Part shown: positions 59,977-64,000 of the stretch, piece after piece
Numbering within the stretch: position 1 is the first letter of the stretch
How the letters are laid out: every line of letters starts with the position of its first letter
Assembly: GCA_963785755.1 (NCBI GenBank)
Contig: CAWAXG010000068.1
Coordinates: 46,594-110,593 of the forward strand
Source of the DNA: an uncultured Acidobacteriota bacterium
Lineage (GTDB): Bacteria; Acidobacteriota; Vicinamibacteria; Vicinamibacterales; 2-12-FULL-66-21
DNA: 64,000 bases
Reading direction: 5' to 3'
The notes under the pieces: generated by a model
The model's database searches: none
What the model was told of the DNA's origin: nothing
Seen by the model: the letters and a program-made list of their open reading frames with translations, nothing else
Program-made: the position numbers and the translations under genes

Positions 59977-61182
59977 TCAGCCTTTCGCGATCGCCGGCAG
60001 CTCGCAGCGCATCGGACGATCGGAGCGGAAGCCGAGGACGTAGTCGGCCTGCATCAGCTTGTGGATCTCTCGCGTCCCTTCGTAGATCACCGCCCCCTTG
60101 CAGTTGCGGTAGAAGCGGCCGACCGGATATTCGTCCGAATAGCCGTTGGCGCCATGGACCTGCACCGCATCCCCGGCGGCACGCTCCGAGGCGACGGTCG
60201 CGAACCATTTCGCGAGTCCGGTCTCGCGCGTATTGCGCCGCCCCCGGTTCTTCAGGAATCCTGCGCGCATCCAGAGCAGGCGCGACGTCTGATAGTCGCA
60301 CTCCATCTGCGCAATCATTTCCTTGACCAGCTGGTGCTCCGCGATCGGAACCCCAAAGGTCTTGCGCTCCTTCGCATACTTGCTGCTCGCGTCGCGGCAC
60401 GCCCGGATCAAGCCCGTCGCGCCGGCCGCAACCGTATAGCGTCCCTGGTCCAGCGCGAACATCGCGACCTTGAAACCTTCTCCCGGTTTGCCGACGAGAT
60501 TCGCCTCCGGGACCTCGACCTCCTCCATCTTGAAGAACCCGGTGTTGCCGGCGAGGATGCCCCACTTCTCCTTGAGCGTGCCGCTCGAGAATCCCTTGAA
60601 GCCGCGCTCGATCATGAACGCGCTGATTCCCGTCGTATCGCGCGCCTTTTTCTTGTCGAGATCGGTCCACGCGAAGACGAGGAAGTTGTCGGCCACGTCG
60701 GCGAGCGAGATCCACATCTTTTCGCCGGTGAGGAAATACCGATCGCCGCGTTTCACAGCCACGGTCTGGATTCCACGCACGTCGCTGCCAGCCGACGGCT
60801 CGGTGAGACCGTAGGTGGCGATCTTCTTTCCCTGCGCCTGGGGGATGAGGTAGCGCTGCTTCTGGTCCTCACTGCCCCACGCCAGGAGCGTCAGGCAGTT
60901 CAGGCCGGCATGGACGGACATGATCACCCGGAGCGAAGTGTCGACGTACTCCAGTTCCTCGCTGATGATGCCAAGGCTGATGTAGTCCATCCCGGCGCCG
61001 CCGTACTCGGCCGGGACGGAGCATCCCAGCAGGCCGAGCCCGGCCATTTTGGGCAGGATGGCGGGATCGAAACGGTGCTGCCGGTCGAGTTCCCGAATCT
61101 TCGGGGCCACTTCGCGCGCCCCCCATTCGCGGACCGATTGTTCGAGCAGCTGCTGTTCGTCGGTCAAGTCGAGATCGATCAT
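59977..61182 (-). CDS. Acyl-CoA dehydrogenase family protein
   Basis: ATG 61182 ([13 protein letters not shown]). [18 protein letters not shown]-type C-terminal motif ([11 protein letters not shown]). Confidence 0.92.
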   Translation of the reverse strand: MIDLDLTDEQQLLEQSVREWGAREVAPKIRELDRQHRFDPAILPKMAGLGLLGCSVPAEYGGAGMDYISLGIISEELEYVDTSLRVIMSVHAGLNCLTLLAWGSEDQKQRYLIPQAQGKKIATYGLTEPSAGSDVRGIQTVAVKRGDRYFLTGEKMWISLADVADNFLVFAWTDLDKKKARDTTGISAFMIERGFKGFSSGTLKEKWGILAGNTGFFKMEEVEVPEANLVGKPGEGFKVAMFALDQGRYTVAAGATGLIRACRDASSKYAKERKTFGVPIAEHQLVKEMIAQMECDYQTSRLLWMRAGFLKNRGRRNTRETGLAKWFATVASERAAGDAVQVHGANGYSDEYPVGRFYRNCKGAVIYEGTREIHKLMQADYVLGFRSDRPMRCELPAIAKG

Positions 61183-61284
61183 GAACGCGTCCTTTTGCGG
61201 AATATGAACGGAATATTGTAATTCAGCCGGCACCGCGAGCCCGCGGCCACACCCCCGCCTCCGACTCCTGTATTCTTTGGAGTT

Positions 61285-62076
61285 ATGCGTCCGGTAATCG
61301 CGCTGCTCAGCGACTTTGGGACCCGCGACCACTATGCGGGCACGATGAAAGGAGTGATGCTCACCATCTGTCCGGATGCCACGCTGGTGGACATCACCCA
61401 CGACGTGCCCCCACATGACGTGCTGGACGGCGCCCTGCAACTGGCGGCTGCGGCGCGCTACTTTCCCGCCGGCACGATCTTCCTGGCGGTCGTCGACCCC
61501 GGCGTCGGCAGCAGCCGCCGCGGCATCGCGGCGGAAGCCGGGGACTATCGATTCGTCGCGCCCGACAACGGCGTGCTGACCGCGGTCTTCCGCGAATGGC
61601 CGCCCAAGAAGATCGTCGAGCTGACCGAGCGCCGCTACGCGCGTCCGACGGTCAGCCGGACCTTCGAGGGGCGCGATCGGTTTGCCCCGGCGGCCGGCTG
61701 GCTGGCGAAAGGCATCCAGCTGACGGCGCTCGGTCGCCCGGCACCCGACTATCACAAGCTCGATATTCCGCTGCCTCAGATCGACGAGGCGACGATCAAC
61801 GGAGTGGTGTTGCGAATCGACCGCTTCGGCAATCTCGTGACCAACATCGATCGCCGGTCAGTGGAATCCGCGGCGCGCTCGGGCACGATGGCGGTGTCGG
61901 CCGGCGGCCACACCGTCGGCCGCCTGGTCGCAACCTACGCCGACATTCAGCCGGGTGAGATCTGCGCGCTGTTCGGCAGCACCGATCACCTCGAGCTCGC
62001 GGCCAATTCCGAGAGCGCCGCCGATCGCCTGCAACTCGGGCGCGGCGCTCCGGTGGAAGTAAAGCGGACGACGTAG
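61285..62076 (+). CDS. SAM hydroxide adenosyltransferase / SAM-dependent chlorinase-fluorinase family (DUF62)
   Basis: IALLSDFGTRDHYAGTMKGVM, VVDPGVGSSRRGI and APDNGVL motifs. Confidence 0.85.
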   Translation: MRPVIALLSDFGTRDHYAGTMKGVMLTICPDATLVDITHDVPPHDVLDGALQLAAAARYFPAGTIFLAVVDPGVGSSRRGIAAEAGDYRFVAPDNGVLTAVFREWPPKKIVELTERRYARPTVSRTFEGRDRFAPAAGWLAKGIQLTALGRPAPDYHKLDIPLPQIDEATINGVVLRIDRFGNLVTNIDRRSVESAARSGTMAVSAGGHTVGRLVATYADIQPGEICALFGSTDHLELAANSESAADRLQLGRGAPVEVKRTT

Positions 62077-62106
62077 GGGAAGCTGCGAAGGGTGTAGTCC
62101 GGCGCT

Positions 62107-62778
62107 CTACGAGCTGGCGGGAGTGGTTTCCGCCTTCTTGCGCAAAAGCATCTCGCGGGTGTTGTTCTTCAGCAGGAACGAGTCCGACACGATCAGGCCG
62201 TCGAACATCCTGATGATGTCGCGATTCTGGAGCGCCTGCTTCTTGCCGCCGGCACCGGCGTGATAGCGGTGTCGCAGGCTCTTCTCGTCGACGATCTCGA
62301 ACTTCGTGAACGCCGATCGTTCGACTGCCGACGTGCAGAAGAAGCCCATGACGACGCCGCCGGGCCGCAGCAGCCTCACGATCTGACGCGCCAGCGATTG
62401 GGACGCGTTCTTGTCGAGGAAATCGAACAGGTCCCAGCACAGGATGCCGTCGATGGTGCCGTCGCCGTGAGTAAAGCGCTTGTCGAAGGATCCGGCGAAG
62501 TCCTCGGGCCCCTTGCCCTTCAGGTGCCGGTCAACGTCGCCGAGCAGATCTTCGATGAACAGCTTGCAGCCCAGGCGCTCGCCGCAGAACTCGACGTTCG
62601 CGCCGATGACCGGTCCGAAATCCAGGAGAGTCGGCGCCTCACGATTCGTGAGCGCCGACACGAACTTCGGAAAGGCCTTCGAAGCGACAGTCGGTTCTTC
62701 GCTCGGGGCGAGCGCATCCCCCTTCCCCGAGGCGTCGGAGCGCTTACCGCCCCACTTGTTGAGTAGATCTGAGAGCAT
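62107..62778 (-). CDS. Class I SAM-dependent methyltransferase
   Basis: Motif I-like LLDFGPVIGANV and post-I/II ILCWDLFDFL...LLRPGGVV. Confidence 0.7.
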   Translation of the reverse strand: MLSDLLNKWGGKRSDASGKGDALAPSEEPTVASKAFPKFVSALTNREAPTLLDFGPVIGANVEFCGERLGCKLFIEDLLGDVDRHLKGKGPEDFAGSFDKRFTHGDGTIDGILCWDLFDFLDKNASQSLARQIVRLLRPGGVVMGFFCTSAVERSAFTKFEIVDEKSLRHRYHAGAGGKKQALQNRDIIRMFDGLIVSDSFLLKNNTREMLLRKKAETTPASS

Positions 62779-62865
62779 GGGTGTGCGAGGGGCCAGATCC
62801 CCATTTCGTCTCAGGCCCGTTGGTCGGGCGTTGAGCGAACCGGGATACGACCCCAGGCGTGGCTG

Positions 62866-63420
62866 TTATCGTGATACCGCGGCCGGAGCGGGCTGATTCG
62901 CCGCAGCTGGCGCGGCGCTCTTCTGCTGCTCCGACTTGCTGTCGCCGGCCTTGCTGCCACTCCGCTGCATGTCGATGCTGCCGCGGAAGTGGGCGCCCTC
63001 GGCGATGGCCACGCGCGGCGCCGTGATGTCGCCGTCCACGGACCCGTTGTCGCGAATCTCGACCTTCTCGGTGGCGGTGACGTTTCCTACCACTTCACCC
63101 AGAATGACGACGGATTTCGCAAACACCTGCGCCTTGATTTTCCCGTTCGGCCCGATCGTCAACACATTCTGCCGAAGCTCGATCTTCCCCTCAACCTGTC
63201 CCTCAATCGCCAGATCTTCGCTGCCGTTGAGCTCGCCCTTGATAATCACGGATTTGCCGATATTCACGGTCTTCTCCAGTCCGCGGTGGGTGTCAACGCT
63301 GGTTACAGGCTGGGGCCGCGCCGCCTCGGCGGCCGGCGGGGCTGATGCGGGCGCGGCGGTTGGGGCCGGAGCCGGCTGCGTCGAGCCGCCCGGCTTAACC
63401 GCTTCATCCCTTTTCCACAT
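62866..63420 (-). CDS. Bactofilin-family cytoskeletal protein
   Basis: Pro/Ala-rich termini flank a beta-helical core (IKGELNGSEDLAIEGQVEGKIEL...VILGEVVGNVTATEKVEIRDNGSVDGDITAPRVAIAEGAHFRGSIDM). Confidence 0.88.
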   Translation of the reverse strand: MWKRDEAVKPGGSTQPAPAPTAAPASAPPAAEAARPQPVTSVDTHRGLEKTVNIGKSVIIKGELNGSEDLAIEGQVEGKIELRQNVLTIGPNGKIKAQVFAKSVVILGEVVGNVTATEKVEIRDNGSVDGDITAPRVAIAEGAHFRGSIDMQRSGSKAGDSKSEQQKSAAPAAANQPAPAAVSR

Positions 63421-63575
63421 GTGGCACTCTCCACGAGTTCAAGATCACTATGCCTCCGCAGGGTGTCTGACGCTTCTGCCAGCGCAGCAGTCGGAGTATA
63501 CGAAACGGTATCTGACCGTGTCTAGTCCTTTTACTGCTGAGACTTAGCGCCAGTGCTATCATTGAGGGTCAGCCC

Positions 63576-64000
63576 ATGCGCGTGTACTTCGACCATAACG
63601 CGACCACCCCGGTCGACCCCTCAGTCGCCGACGTGGTCGTGCGCGTCCTCCGCGAAGATTACGGCAACGCGTCGAGCGTTCACCGGTTCGGGCAACAGGC
63701 CAAAGCCATCCTGGACGAGGCCCGAACCGCCGTCGCTCTTCTTATCGGCGCGGACCCGTCAGAAATTGCATTTACCAGCGGGGGAACCGAATCGGACAAT
63801 GCCGCGCTTCGCGGAGCCGCCGAAGCGCTGGAGCCGACCGGCCGCCGCCATCTCATCGCTACCGCGATCGAGCACGAGGCCGTCCTGGTGACCCTGAAGG
63901 CGCTGGCGCGACGGGGCTGGCGCACCACTCTCCTCCCCGTCGACGAGACGGCTATCGTGAGCCCGGGAGCGCTCGAAGCCGCGATCACCGACGACACCGC
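63576..64000 (+). CDS. Cysteine desulfurase (NifS/IscS family), 3'-truncated by the window edge
   Basis: Not in the ORF track because there is no stop before the edge. ATG 63576 follows TGAGGG. Translation: MRVYFDHNATTPVDPSVADVVVRVLREDYGNASSVHRFGQQAKAILDEARTAVALLIGADPSEIAFTSGGTESDN. Confidence 0.88.
   Translation, partial: MRVYFDHNATTPVDPSVADVVVRVLREDYGNASSVHRFGQQAKAILDEARTAVALLIGADPSEIAFTSGGTESDNAALRGAAEALEPTGRRHLIATAIEHEAVLVTLKALARRGWRTTLLPVDETAIVSPGALEAAITDDT

Noticed and set aside
1-64000. A window-wide search for prophage genes, integrases, transposases, toxin-antitoxin pairs, defence systems (RM, BREX, CBASS, retrons) and rRNA genes.
   Set aside because: No ORF showed the hallmark motifs (DDE/tyrosine recombinase, reverse transcriptase, large ATPase/nuclease combinations). 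Apart from the small AT-rich elements already listed, composition looks uniform by eye.

Overview
High-GC (roughly two-thirds G+C by eye) bacterial chromosomal segment. It is densely coding, shows no mobile elements or CRISPR arrays, and has one tRNA. Gene content suggests an Acidobacteriota-like soil bacterium: DUF4136 lipoproteins, a bactofilin, a TPR/SLH protein, a PQQ dehydrogenase and many outer-membrane barrels. This lineage guess cannot be verified here.

Gene order:
- 0.3-5.4 kb: two-component system plus a sigma-54 activator.
- 5.4-13.5 kb: transporters and envelope proteins.
- 13.6-17.7 kb: arylsulfatase/anSME operon.
- 18-26 kb: small membrane proteins and outer-membrane proteins.
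- 26.4 kb: an AhpD/CMD-like gene with an in-frame TGA.
- 27-30 kb: PQQ dehydrogenase, VOC protein, Crp/Fnr regulator.
- 30.7-42.7 kb: tRNA-Pro, then a housekeeping block (der, IHF-like, M50 protease, priA, UDG, coaBC, rpoZ, gmk, yicC, MsbA-like ABC).
- 42.7-53.9 kb: polysaccharide cluster (galE, ugd, six glycosyltransferases, priming sugar transferase, UDP-glucuronate decarboxylase).
- 53.9-64 kb: pgsA, TPR/SLH, hflX, tsaC, MFS, glpX, acyl-CoA dehydrogenase, SAM hydroxide adenosyltransferase-like, methyltransferase, bactofilin, and a cysteine desulfurase cut by the window edge.

Most notable observations:
1. A strong selenocysteine candidate. TGA replaces the second Cys of the CxxC motif and a SECIS-like hairpin starts 11 nt downstream.
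2. An unusually high density of single-nucleotide frameshifts in otherwise well-conserved genes. Several occur at GGTAC/GTACC.
3. Several unexplained repeat or hairpin elements.
4. A signal-peptide protein with a protein-kinase-like catalytic loop, inside an outer-membrane gene cluster.

All family assignments come from motif recognition by eye. No database search was run.
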